A program made the translations under genes and the position numbers. From contig OY969934.1 in the NCBI GenBank assembly GCA_963704725.1, positions 2,240,001-2,304,000 of the forward strand: a stretch of DNA of 64,000 nt, written 5' to 3'. Of this stretch, positions 28,756 through 37,649 are shown piece after piece. The first letter of the stretch is position 1. Each line of letters starts with the position of its first letter. The notes below the pieces were generated by a model that did no database searches, was not told the origin of the DNA, and saw nothing but the letters and a program-made list of their open reading frames with translations. This DNA is from an uncultured Actinomycetes bacterium (lineage in GTDB: Bacteria > Actinomycetota > UBA4738 > HRBIN12).

Positions 28756-30011
28756 GCCAGGGCCTGCCGCCCGAGGGGTGCGAGGACCGTCGTCGTCATG
28801 GGTTGCGAGAGTACCCGCTCGGACGCGCGACGAGCGTCCTCAGGGGTGACGGCCGAGATCCGCGCGAGGAGCTGGCTCACGGTGAGGATCTCCCCCTGGC
28901 TGATCTCGGACTTGCCGAGCCGCGACATGCGGCCCCCCGGGTCCTCGAGCGACAGGACGAGGGATCCCCTCATGTGCCCCTTGGCGCGTTCGAACTCGTC
29001 GGGGGAGAGGCCCTTCTCCGCCACCTCCTCGATCTGGCCGCGCAGGATCGACAGGACCTCCCGCGCCCGGCCGGGCGTGGTCCCGGCGTAGGCGCAGAAC
29101 AGGCCCGCCTCCGCGTACATCGAGTGGTAGCTGTAGACGCTGTAGGCGAGGCCCCGCTTCTCGCGCACCTCCTGGAACAGCCGCGAGGACATCCCGCCGC
29201 CGATGGCGTTGTTGACCACGCCGAAGGCGAACCGGTCGGGGTCGGTCCGGGACAACCCGCTCGTGCCCACGCAGATGTGCGCCTGCTCCGTGTCGCGGCG
29301 CTTCACGAGCACCCGGCCCGACGGGATGGGCGGCGCGCCCGCCGTGCGCAGGCGCCACGCGGAGGGCCCCTCGGAGCGGACCGGACCGGTCTCCATGCTC
29401 GCGGAGAGCTGCTCGACGATCTGGTCGTGGTGGAGGTTGCCGGCCGCCACGACCACCAGGTTTCCGGGCAGGTAGTGCTTGCGGTAGAACCGGCGGACCC
29501 GGTCGCGCGTGGCCGCACGGATGCTCCTCTTCGTCCCCAGGATGGGCCGGCCGAGCGGATGGTCCGGCCACAGGACCTCCATGAACAGGTCGTGGATCAG
29601 ATCGTCCGGCGTGTCCTCGTGGACGTTGATCTCCTCCAGGATCACGCGCTTCTCCGAGGAGAAGTCCGCCTCACGAAGGACGGACCCCTGGAACATGTCG
29701 GCGAGGTGCTCGAGCGCCATCGGCAGGTCCCGGTCGCGGACCCGCGCGTAGAAGCACGTGTACTCCTTGGCGGTGAACGCGTTCACGTCGCCGCCCACGG
29801 CGTCGAACGCCTCGGCGATGTCGCGCGCGCTCCGCTGCTTCGTCCCCTTGAACAGCAGATGCTCCAGGAAGTGGCTCGACCCGCTGATCGGCGGCGGCTC
29901 GTCCCGCGAGCCCGCGAGGACCCAGAACCCGAGCGCCACCGAGCGGACTCCGGGCATCCGCTCGGTGACGACGCGCAGGCCGGACTGGAACTCGGTCCGA
30001 CGGATCGCCAT
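28752..30011 (-). CDS. M16 family zinc peptidase
   Basis: HFLEH motif, GGGMSSRLFQEVRE; pnp-M16-dapB synteny. Confidence 0.93.
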   Translation of the reverse strand: MAIRRTEFQSGLRVVTERMPGVRSVALGFWVLAGSRDEPPPISGSSHFLEHLLFKGTKQRSARDIAEAFDAVGGDVNAFTAKEYTCFYARVRDRDLPMALEHLADMFQGSVLREADFSSEKRVILEEINVHEDTPDDLIHDLFMEVLWPDHPLGRPILGTKRSIRAATRDRVRRFYRKHYLPGNLVVVAAGNLHHDQIVEQLSASMETGPVRSEGPSAWRLRTAGAPPIPSGRVLVKRRDTEQAHICVGTSGLSRTDPDRFAFGVVNNAIGGGMSSRLFQEVREKRGLAYSVYSYHSMYAEAGLFCAYAGTTPGRAREVLSILRGQIEEVAEKGLSPDEFERAKGHMRGSLVLSLEDPGGRMSRLGKSEISQGEILTVSQLLARISAVTPEDARRASERVLSQPMTTTVLAPLGRQALA

Positions 30012-30022
30012 CGCCCGGGGCC

Positions 30023-32320
30023 TCAGGCCCCCGGCTCGCGCCGCGGCCGGTCGCGGTCGCGCGGCGGCCGCCGGTCGCGGTCGCGCGAAGGCCGGCGGTC
30101 GCGGTCGCCGCGATCCCGCCTCGGCGGCCGGTCCTCCGAGACCTCGGGCTCCATCCCCTCCGGGATGGCCCACTGCTCGCCGATCGGCTTGAGCGAGATC
30201 TTCCCGCGGTCGTCGATGTCCTGGACCTCGACCTCGATCTCGTCGCCGACCTTCACGGCGTCCTCGACGCTGGCGAGCCGCTTTCCCCGCCCGAGCTTGG
30301 AGATGTGGATCAGGCCGTCGCGACCCGGCACGAGATTCACGAACGCACCGAACGTCGTGGTGTTGACGACGGTCCCCATGAAGTGCTCCCCCACCGTGAT
30401 CGGCCGCGGGTTGGCGATCTCGTCGATGATCCGGGCGGCCTCGTCGGCGCCGGCGCCCTCGCGGGCCCCGATGAAGACGGTGCCGTCGTCCTGGATGTCG
30501 ATGTCGGCCCCGGTCATGGCCACGATCTCGTTGATCTTCTTGCCCTTGGGCCCGATCACCTCGCCGATCTTGTCCACGGGGATCTTCAGCGTGAGGATCC
30601 TCGGCGCCTTCGGGTTGACCTCGGTGCGCGGCGTCGGGATCGCCTGGAGCATCACGTCGAGGATCTTCTGGCGGGCCTCCTTGGCCTGCTCCAGCGCGCC
30701 GGCCAGCACGTGGCCCGGAAGGCCGGTGACCTTCATGTCGAGCTGGATCGCCGTGACGAAGTCCTTCGTGCCGGCGACCTTGAAGTCCATGTCGCCGAGC
30801 GCGTCCTCCGCGCCCAGGATGTCCGTGAGCGTCACGAACGTGCCGCCCTCGGCGATCATGCCCATGGCGATCCCGGCCACCGGCGCCTTGATCGGCACGC
30901 CGGCGTCCATCAGCGAGAGCGTCGAGGAGCACACGCTCGCCATCGACGTCGAGCCGTTGGATCCGAGCACGTCGGAGACGAGACGGAGCGCGTAGGGGAA
31001 CTCGTCCTCCGGCGGGATCACCGGCACGAGGGCCCGCTCGGCGAGCGCCCCATGGCCGATCTCACGACGGCGGGGCGATCCGATCCGGCCCACCTCCCCC
31101 GTCGAGAACGGCGGGAAGTTGTAGTGGTGGATGTACCGTTTGGACTCCTCGGGATCGAGCGTGTCGATCATCTGCGTCATCCGCAGCATGCCGAGGGTCG
31201 TCACGTTCAGGACCTGCGTGTCGCCGCGCTGGAACAGGCTCGAGCCGTGGGCGCGGGGCACGAGGCCGATCTCGGCCGAGAGCTGGCGGATGTCCCGCGG
31301 CCCCCGCCCGTCGAGGCGGACGCCGTGCTCGATGACCCGGGCGCGCATGACCTTCTTCTGCAGGGCCTTCCACGCGGGCGAGATCTCCGACTGGCGCTGG
31401 GCGAACGTCTCCTCGCCCCACACGCCGAGCAGGTGCGCCTTGAGCTCGTCCTTGATCTGGTCGAACGCGCTCTCCCGCTCCTGCCGGTCCGGCACGATGG
31501 CGGTCTCCACACGCTCCTTGGCGAAGGACTCGACGATCGACCACGTGTCGTCGCCGTAGAGCGGCACCGGCTCGAACGGCCTGGGCTTGACGTCGGCCAT
31601 GGCGATGAACTCGAGCTGGAAGTCGATCAGCTCGTCGATCGCCCGCTTGGCGGCGTCGAGGCCCTGGGCCACGATCTCCTCCGTGGGAGCGACCGCACCC
31701 TCGGCCGCGCCGAGCAGCTGCCACGTGTTGTCGGGGGCCTCTCCCTCGATCATGAGGATGTCGACCTCGCCGGCGTCGTTGCGCCGGCCGGCGACGACGA
31801 TGTCGAACGTCGCCTCCTCGACCGCCTGGAACGTCGGGTTGATCGTCCAGGAGCCGTTGATCAGGCCCATCCGCACGGCGCCGACCGGGCCCTCGAACGG
31901 GATCCCGGAGAGCATCGTCGCCAGGCTCGCGCCGTTCATGCCGGGGATGTCGTACGGGTTGGCCATGTCGACCGACAGGACGGTGATCACGACCTGGACC
32001 TCGTCCCGGTAGCCGTCCTTGAACGTCGGACGCATGGGGCGGTCGGTCAGACGCGCCGTCAGGATCGCCGTCTCCGAGGGGCGTCCCTCGCGGCGGAAGA
32101 AGCCGCCCGGGATCTTGCCGGCGGCGTACATCCGCTCCTCGACGTCGATCGTGAGCGGGAAGAAGTCGATGCCCTCACGGGGCTTCGAGGTGGTACAGGT
32201 GGCGAGGATCTGGGTCTCGCCGTAGGTGATGACGCACGAGCCGCCGGCTTGCATCGCGAGCTTGCCGGACTCGAACGTCAGGGTCTGGTTCCCGATCTGA
32301 CGGGAAAGGGTGGTGGCCAT
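30023..32320 (-). CDS. pnp: Polyribonucleotide nucleotidyltransferase
   Basis: IDFFPLT, RRREIGHG, DALGDMDFK, KH and S1 domains, RD-rich tail. Confidence 0.98.
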   Translation of the reverse strand: MATTLSRQIGNQTLTFESGKLAMQAGGSCVITYGETQILATCTTSKPREGIDFFPLTIDVEERMYAAGKIPGGFFRREGRPSETAILTARLTDRPMRPTFKDGYRDEVQVVITVLSVDMANPYDIPGMNGASLATMLSGIPFEGPVGAVRMGLINGSWTINPTFQAVEEATFDIVVAGRRNDAGEVDILMIEGEAPDNTWQLLGAAEGAVAPTEEIVAQGLDAAKRAIDELIDFQLEFIAMADVKPRPFEPVPLYGDDTWSIVESFAKERVETAIVPDRQERESAFDQIKDELKAHLLGVWGEETFAQRQSEISPAWKALQKKVMRARVIEHGVRLDGRGPRDIRQLSAEIGLVPRAHGSSLFQRGDTQVLNVTTLGMLRMTQMIDTLDPEESKRYIHHYNFPPFSTGEVGRIGSPRRREIGHGALAERALVPVIPPEDEFPYALRLVSDVLGSNGSTSMASVCSSTLSLMDAGVPIKAPVAGIAMGMIAEGGTFVTLTDILGAEDALGDMDFKVAGTKDFVTAIQLDMKVTGLPGHVLAGALEQAKEARQKILDVMLQAIPTPRTEVNPKAPRILTLKIPVDKIGEVIGPKGKKINEIVAMTGADIDIQDDGTVFIGAREGAGADEAARIIDEIANPRPITVGEHFMGTVVNTTTFGAFVNLVPGRDGLIHISKLGRGKRLASVEDAVKVGDEIEVEVQDIDDRGKISLKPIGEQWAIPEGMEPEVSEDRPPRRDRGDRDRRPSRDRDRRPPRDRDRPRREPGA

Positions 32321-32388
32321 CGGCCGGTCCTCCTTACGAGGGTTCCGGGCGGCGCGTTGCGCCGCCGCTTCGGATGGAGGTGGGAGAA

Positions 32389-32451
32389 CGGCCGGTTGTC
32401 AGTGGTGAGCCGCCGCCGTGGAGTCGGAGGTTCGCCACTGAGAACCGACCG
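32389..32451 (-). ncRNA. Actino-pnp-like leader hairpin (putative RNase III site)
   Basis: Long inverted repeat GGTTGTCAGTGGTGAGCC / GGTTCGCCACTGAGAACC between rpsO and pnp. Confidence 0.7.
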
Positions 32452-32543
32452 GAGACCGTCCCGCCTCCGGGGATACAGTCAGTAGGTCGCTCGCATCACT
32501 CCTCCGAGGAGCGGGAGGAGGCCCCGCCGGGCCATCGTCCCGT

Positions 32544-32813
32544 CTATCGCCTGAGCCCCAGCTTCGCCACGATGTCCCGGTACCGCGCGATGTTCTCGCG
32601 CCGCAGGTACTCGAGGAGTCGCCGACGGCGTCCCACCAGCATCAGGAGGCCACGCCGCGACGCGTGGTCCTTCTTGTGGAGCTTCAGATGCTCGGTGAGG
32701 TCCGAGATCCGCTTGCTGAGCACGGCGATCTGCACCTCGGCCGAACCGGTGTCGGTGTCGGAGCGGCGGTGCTCGGTGATGATCTCGGATTTCTGCGTCT
32801 TCGTGAGCGACAT
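32544..32813 (-). CDS. rpsO: 30S ribosomal protein S15
   Basis: [21 protein letters not shown]. Confidence 0.98.
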   Translation of the reverse strand: MSLTKTQKSEIITEHRRSDTDTGSAEVQIAVLSKRISDLTEHLKLHKKDHASRRGLLMLVGRRRRLLEYLRRENIARYRDIVAKLGLRR

Positions 32814-32838
32814 GACCAGCCTTTGAAGCTACCAGAAA

Positions 32839-34572
32839 CTACTCCGGCGCCTCCACCAGCGAGATCTCCAGGCTCCAGCCGCCGTCGATCGAGCCGAAGT
32901 CCCCCCCGGTGTCGTCGAACACGAACAGGCTCCACGTGCCGTTCGGATCGGTCCCGTCGAAGACCGACAGCGCGGGGTCCGGCGCGGTCTCGGGCGCGGG
33001 CGGCCCGCCCTCGAAGCCGCAGCAGTTCCCGCCCCCCAGCGCCGTGCCCGAGCTCGGGCGGGCCGACCGCGAGCCCAGCCGGGCCCGGTCCCCCAGGGCG
33101 GCGGGCGCCGAGTCGTCGAACGTGATCGTGACGGCGGAGGCCGGCTGCCGCCCGCCCACGTCCGCCATGAGGAGCACGCTCTGTCCCAGCGGGCCGACCA
33201 GCAGCATGTCCAGGTCGTCGGGGAAGGGGTGGGACAGGCCGGCGATCGTGACGTTCACGTCCGCGATCGTCCCGGCCAGCCCCGAGACCTCGAGCGACGC
33301 GGGGTACGGGGTTGCCTCTCCGAAGTCCGGGATCGAGATCGGCGCGGAGTCGGCGACGACCGCGGGGCTCGGCGAGGGCGCCGTCGTCCCCGTCGGGCCC
33401 GTGGTGCCCGTCGTTGCCGGTCCGCTCGCGGAGGGCGACGGCGGGGGCTCGGCGCCGTCGTCGCCCGTCAACGCGAGCCCCACCACGACGATGACCGCGG
33501 CGATGGCCACCCCGGCCGCGGCGAACAGGGCGATGAGGCGAGCGCCGCTCGACCGGCCCCCGGGCGGCGGCCCGGACCGCGGCGGGCTCGGGCCCTCGGG
33601 GGGCGAGACGGCCGGGCCCGCAGCGACCTGCGCGAGCGGCGGCGACGCCGGCGGGGTCACCGCGGGCGCCGGCATCGCGATCGCCGGTGCCGCCGGGACC
33701 ACCGGAGCCTCCCGCCGCCCCGAGGGCGTTCCCAGGGCTCGCGCCGCCTCGTCGATGAGCGCGGCGCATGAGCGCGGGCGGACCTCGCGGTCCTTGGCCA
33801 TGCCACGCGCGATCACCTCGTCGATCCCCCCGGGGAGATCGGGCATCGACTCCGTGACCCGAGGCGGCGGGTCCTGGATATGGCCGAAGAGCGTGGCGAC
33901 GTCGGAGTCCTTGGCGTAGGGAACGCGGGCCGTGAGGCACTCGTAGAGCACGCACGCCAGCGAGTACTCGTCGGCGCGGCCGTCGAGCTCCAGACCCTGG
34001 ATCTGCTCGGGCGCGACGTAGTCGACGGTGCCCATGAACTGCCCGGTCCGCGTGAGGCCGCTGCGCGACGAGGTGTGCTTGGTCAGGCCGAAGTCGGAGA
34101 GATAGACGTGCTCCTCCCCTTCCCCCTCGCCGGCTGCGATGAGGATGTTGGCGGGCTTCACGTCCCGGTGGACGAGGCCGCGACGATGCGCGGTGTCGAG
34201 CGCGGCGGCGACGGGCCGGAGCAGCGCGATCGTCCGGCCGGGCGCCAGCGGCCCGTCGTGGACGATCAGGGAGCGCAGATCGGTGCCGCTCACGTAGCGC
34301 ATGGCGATGAACAGCTGCCCGTCGGTCTCACCGGCCTCGTAGACCGGCACGATGTTGGGGTGCTCCAGCCCCGCCGCGAGCTGGGACTCCCGAACGAAGC
34401 GGCTGCGGAAGGCCTCGTCGGCGGCGAGCTCGGGCGCCAGGACCTTGATCGCGACGCGTCGTCCGAGCCGCGTGTCCTCGGCCAGGTAGACGACGCTCAT
34501 GCCGCCCCGCCCCAGGAGGGACTCGAGACGGTAGGGCCCGAACGAGGACCCGGGGCCGAGGTCGGCGGTCAC
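32839..34572 (-). CDS. Transmembrane Hanks-type Ser/Thr kinase with extracellular proprotein-convertase P-like domain
   Basis: GRGGMS, VAIK, HRDVKPAN, DFG, APE; TM helix; DVNVTI...HPFPDDLDMLLVGP...NGTWSLFVFD. Confidence 0.9.
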   Translation of the reverse strand: MTADLGPGSSFGPYRLESLLGRGGMSVVYLAEDTRLGRRVAIKVLAPELAADEAFRSRFVRESQLAAGLEHPNIVPVYEAGETDGQLFIAMRYVSGTDLRSLIVHDGPLAPGRTIALLRPVAAALDTAHRRGLVHRDVKPANILIAAGEGEGEEHVYLSDFGLTKHTSSRSGLTRTGQFMGTVDYVAPEQIQGLELDGRADEYSLACVLYECLTARVPYAKDSDVATLFGHIQDPPPRVTESMPDLPGGIDEVIARGMAKDREVRPRSCAALIDEAARALGTPSGRREAPVVPAAPAIAMPAPAVTPPASPPLAQVAAGPAVSPPEGPSPPRSGPPPGGRSSGARLIALFAAAGVAIAAVIVVVGLALTGDDGAEPPPSPSASGPATTGTTGPTGTTAPSPSPAVVADSAPISIPDFGEATPYPASLEVSGLAGTIADVNVTIAGLSHPFPDDLDMLLVGPLGQSVLLMADVGGRQPASAVTITFDDSAPAALGDRARLGSRSARPSSGTALGGGNCCGFEGGPPAPETAPDPALSVFDGTDPNGTWSLFVFDDTGGDFGSIDGGWSLEISLVEAPE

Positions 34573-34621
34573 GGCACGCTTTGTAGCAGACGCCGCCCGG
34601 CGACGTGCCCCCGGGCCGTCG

Positions 34622-35707
34622 TCATCGAAGGACCGGATGGCCCGGCGACGTGATGAACGCGGGCAGCAGCCGGCCCCGGATCCGTCCGTCGGCCGAGACG
34701 GAGACCTCCGCGACGGCGGTGGTCGATCCCTGGACCGAGAAGTTCGGCCAGACGAAGTTGCCCAGGCCGAAGAAGATAGGCCGGCCCCGGTAGGTGCCCA
34801 TCGGCTGGAGCCGGTGGGCGTGATGGCCGAAGATGGCGTCGGCCCCCGCGTCGATCATCCGGCGGGCCTCCTCCACCTGGTACTCGCGCGGCGACGTGTC
34901 GAGCTCCACCCCCCAGTGGATCACCACGAGGACGAGGTCCGCGTTCGCGTCCGCCTCCCGGATCGCGCGAAGCGCGCGCGGGAAGTCGTGACCCACGGCG
35001 GTTCCGGGCCGGTTTCCCACCGCCACCTCGTAGTCGGGATCGAGCACCTCGTCGACGCCCACGACGGCGATCCGCCACCCCTTCACGTCGACGTAGGCCG
35101 GCGCGTCGGCCTCCCGCTGGTTCGCGCCCGCTCCGACCGGCACGATGCCGGCCCTGCGGAGATTGCGGATCGAGTCCAGCAGGCCGTCGGCTCCCTGGTC
35201 GAACCCGTGGTTGTTCGCGAGGTTGGCCACGTCGACGCCGGACCGCCGCGCCGCCGGGAGCGCCGCCGGGTCGCACCGGAAGCTGAACTCCTTGGGGATC
35301 GGGGCCACGATGTCCGTGGACGGGCACTCGTGGTTGATGATCGTGAGGTCGTCCCGCTCGAACAGCCCGTTCAGCCCGCTCCACGCCCAGCCGTAGCCGT
35401 TGGTGCGGAACGCGGGGATGTAGTCGGGATCCAGGCTGACGTCACCGGTGGCGTGGATGACGAGCGGGAGCCGCTCCGGGGTCGGCGACGGGGTGGGGCT
35501 CGTCCCGCCCCCCGTCGGGCCCGTGGGAGCGGGGCGAGCGGCCCCCGCCGTCGGAGCGCCCACGGGGGTGGTGCCCGGGGACGGCGCCGACGCGTCCGAG
35601 CCGGGATCCCGGGCCATCGCCCAGCCGGCGGCGCCGAGTCCCACGAGCAGAAGGACGATGAGGACGACGACCGGGATGCGGGATGGCCGGGCGTGGCGAC
35701 CCATCAT
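34622..35707 (-). CDS. CapA-family metallophosphoesterase
   Basis: TM anchor; TGD, LANNHGFD, HWGVE, GHHAH, LGNF. Confidence 0.9.
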   Translation of the reverse strand: MMGRHARPSRIPVVVLIVLLLVGLGAAGWAMARDPGSDASAPSPGTTPVGAPTAGAARPAPTGPTGGGTSPTPSPTPERLPLVIHATGDVSLDPDYIPAFRTNGYGWAWSGLNGLFERDDLTIINHECPSTDIVAPIPKEFSFRCDPAALPAARRSGVDVANLANNHGFDQGADGLLDSIRNLRRAGIVPVGAGANQREADAPAYVDVKGWRIAVVGVDEVLDPDYEVAVGNRPGTAVGHDFPRALRAIREADANADLVLVVIHWGVELDTSPREYQVEEARRMIDAGADAIFGHHAHRLQPMGTYRGRPIFFGLGNFVWPNFSVQGSTTAVAEVSVSADGRIRGRLLPAFITSPGHPVLR

Positions 35708-36648
35708 GCGGGCCGATCTTCGCCCGGGTCCACCAGCTCCCTCGTGCGCTTCACGTCCTCGTCCATCGCGGCCACGAGCTCGTCGATGGCGGCGAACCGG
35801 ACCTCCGGCCGCAGGTAGGCCCAGAACTCGACGGCCATGTCCCGGCCGACGAGATCGCCCTCGAAGTCCAGCAGGAATGACTCCACGTGCAGGGGTTCGG
35901 TGCCGAACGTGGGATTCGTCCCGACGTCGATCGCCGCCACGTACGAGCCCCCGTCCACGACGGCCCGGCCCGCGTAGATCCCCTGTCCGGGCAGCAGGAG
36001 CCGGGGCCACGTCCGCAGGTTGGCGGTGGGGTACCCCAGGCCCTGCCCACGCCCGGCCCCGCTGACGACGCCGCCGTCCAGGACGAACCGGCGCCCGAGG
36101 GCGCGCCGCGGCCACGCCAGGTCTCCCGCCGTCAGGGCGTCGCGGACCGAGGACGACGAGACCGTGCGCCCGTCGAGCTCGAGCAGCTCCACGCGCTCGG
36201 CCGAGAATCCGAACCGCTCGCCCTCGGCGATCAGCAGGTCCACGTTCCCCTGGGCGCGGTGACCGAACGTGAAGTTGGCCCCCATCACGCAGTGCTCGGC
36301 GCGCAGGCCGTCGCGAAGGACGTCCGACATGAACCGCTCGGCCGGCCACCTCGAGAACGCCTCGGTGAACTCGAGGACGAGCAACACGTCGATCCCGGCC
36401 TCCTCGATCAGGGCGGCCTTGCGCGCGACGGTCGTGAGCAGGCGGGGCTCCCGGCCCGGGGTGAGGATCTCGCGCGGGTGGCGGTCGAAGGTCACCGCGA
36501 CGGACGGGACCCCCCGGGCGCGGGCCGCGGCGACCGTCGTGGCGAGCACGGCCCGGTGTCCGAGATGCACCCCGTCGAAGAAACCGACCGTGACGACGGT
36601 CCGGTCGTGCCCGAGTGGGAGGTCCGCGAGGCCCTCGGCGCGCTCCAT
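35704..36648 (-). CDS. ribF: Riboflavin kinase/FAD synthetase
   Basis: FDGVHLGH, SSSVR, GYPTAN. Confidence 0.97.
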   Translation of the reverse strand: MERAEGLADLPLGHDRTVVTVGFFDGVHLGHRAVLATTVAAARARGVPSVAVTFDRHPREILTPGREPRLLTTVARKAALIEEAGIDVLLVLEFTEAFSRWPAERFMSDVLRDGLRAEHCVMGANFTFGHRAQGNVDLLIAEGERFGFSAERVELLELDGRTVSSSSVRDALTAGDLAWPRRALGRRFVLDGGVVSGAGRGQGLGYPTANLRTWPRLLLPGQGIYAGRAVVDGGSYVAAIDVGTNPTFGTEPLHVESFLLDFEGDLVGRDMAVEFWAYLRPEVRFAAIDELVAAMDEDVKRTRELVDPGEDRPA

Positions 36649-36719
36649 GGGCGGGAAGCCTAACGAACCCGCTCCGAAGACCCACGAGGTCCCGGCGCGG
36701 TGGGCTAGTGTCGCCCCCG

Positions 36720-37643
36720 GTGCGCTCGCTGGCCGCGTCCTTCCTCGCCGGGCTCCTCGTCCTCGCCTCGGCGTGCTCGAGCGGCGCTCCCCCGGTCGGC
36801 CCGGCCCAGATCCTGCGCGACGACGCCGTCACGATCGCCTCGTTCAACTTCGGCGAGAGCGTCCTGCTCGCGGAGTTGTACGCGCAGGCGATCGAGGCCC
36901 GGGGCATCCGGGTCGACCGCGAGCTCGACCTCGGCCCCCGCGAGCTCGTCCTGCCGTCCCTGGACAAGGGTCTCGTCGAGCTGGTGCCGGAGTACGCGGG
37001 AAGCCTCCTCGACTTCCTGGCCGGCGGCGGCGCGTCGGCGAGCCTCACCGACACGCGCTCCCAGCTCGTCGCGGCGCTCGAACGCCGAGGTCTCACCCCG
37101 CTCGCCTCGTCGTCCGCTCAGGACCAGAACGGGTTCGCGGTGACGCACAGCTTCGCGAGCGAGCGGGGCATCGAGGCGATCTCCGACCTGGCGTCCGTCG
37201 AGGGGCTCGTGCTCGGCGGTCCGCCCGAGTGCCCGCAACGGTCGCTCTGCGAGCCCGGCCTGGAGGGCGCGTACGGCATCGACTTCGCCTCGTTCGTGCC
37301 GCTCGACCAGAGCGGGACCCTCACGACCGACGCGCTCGTGCGGGGCGTCGTCGACGTCGCGCTGATCTTCACGACCAGCTCGGAGATCGTCCGGAACCGG
37401 TTCGTGCTCCTGCGGGACGACCGCCACCTCCAGCCGGCCGAAAACGTCACGCCCGTGATCCGCGAGGACACGCTGGAGCGTTTCGGGCCCGGGCTCGTCG
37501 CGGCGATCGATGCGGTCTCGAACAAGCTCACGACCGACGAGCTCCGCGACCTGAACGCCCAGGTCGAGATCCGCGGTCGCGCGCCGGCCGACGTGGCGCA
37601 CGACTGGCTCTCCGACAACGGCCTGCTGAACGCTGGGGGATAG
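36720..37643 (+). CDS. OsmF/OpuAC-type osmoprotectant-binding lipoprotein (orphan)
   Basis: Lipobox ASAC; FGESVLLAELYAQA, PEYAG, ECPQRSLC, DDRHLQPAENVTP; start may be 36708. Confidence 0.88.
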   Translation: MRSLAASFLAGLLVLASACSSGAPPVGPAQILRDDAVTIASFNFGESVLLAELYAQAIEARGIRVDRELDLGPRELVLPSLDKGLVELVPEYAGSLLDFLAGGGASASLTDTRSQLVAALERRGLTPLASSSAQDQNGFAVTHSFASERGIEAISDLASVEGLVLGGPPECPQRSLCEPGLEGAYGIDFASFVPLDQSGTLTTDALVRGVVDVALIFTTSSEIVRNRFVLLRDDRHLQPAENVTPVIREDTLERFGPGLVAAIDAVSNKLTTDELRDLNAQVEIRGRAPADVAHDWLSDNGLLNAGG

Positions 37644-37649
37644 AGTCCG

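Noticed and set aside
30040-30130. Repeats of about 24 bp at the pnp 3' end
   Set aside because: They encode the ordinary RD-rich low-complexity PNPase tail
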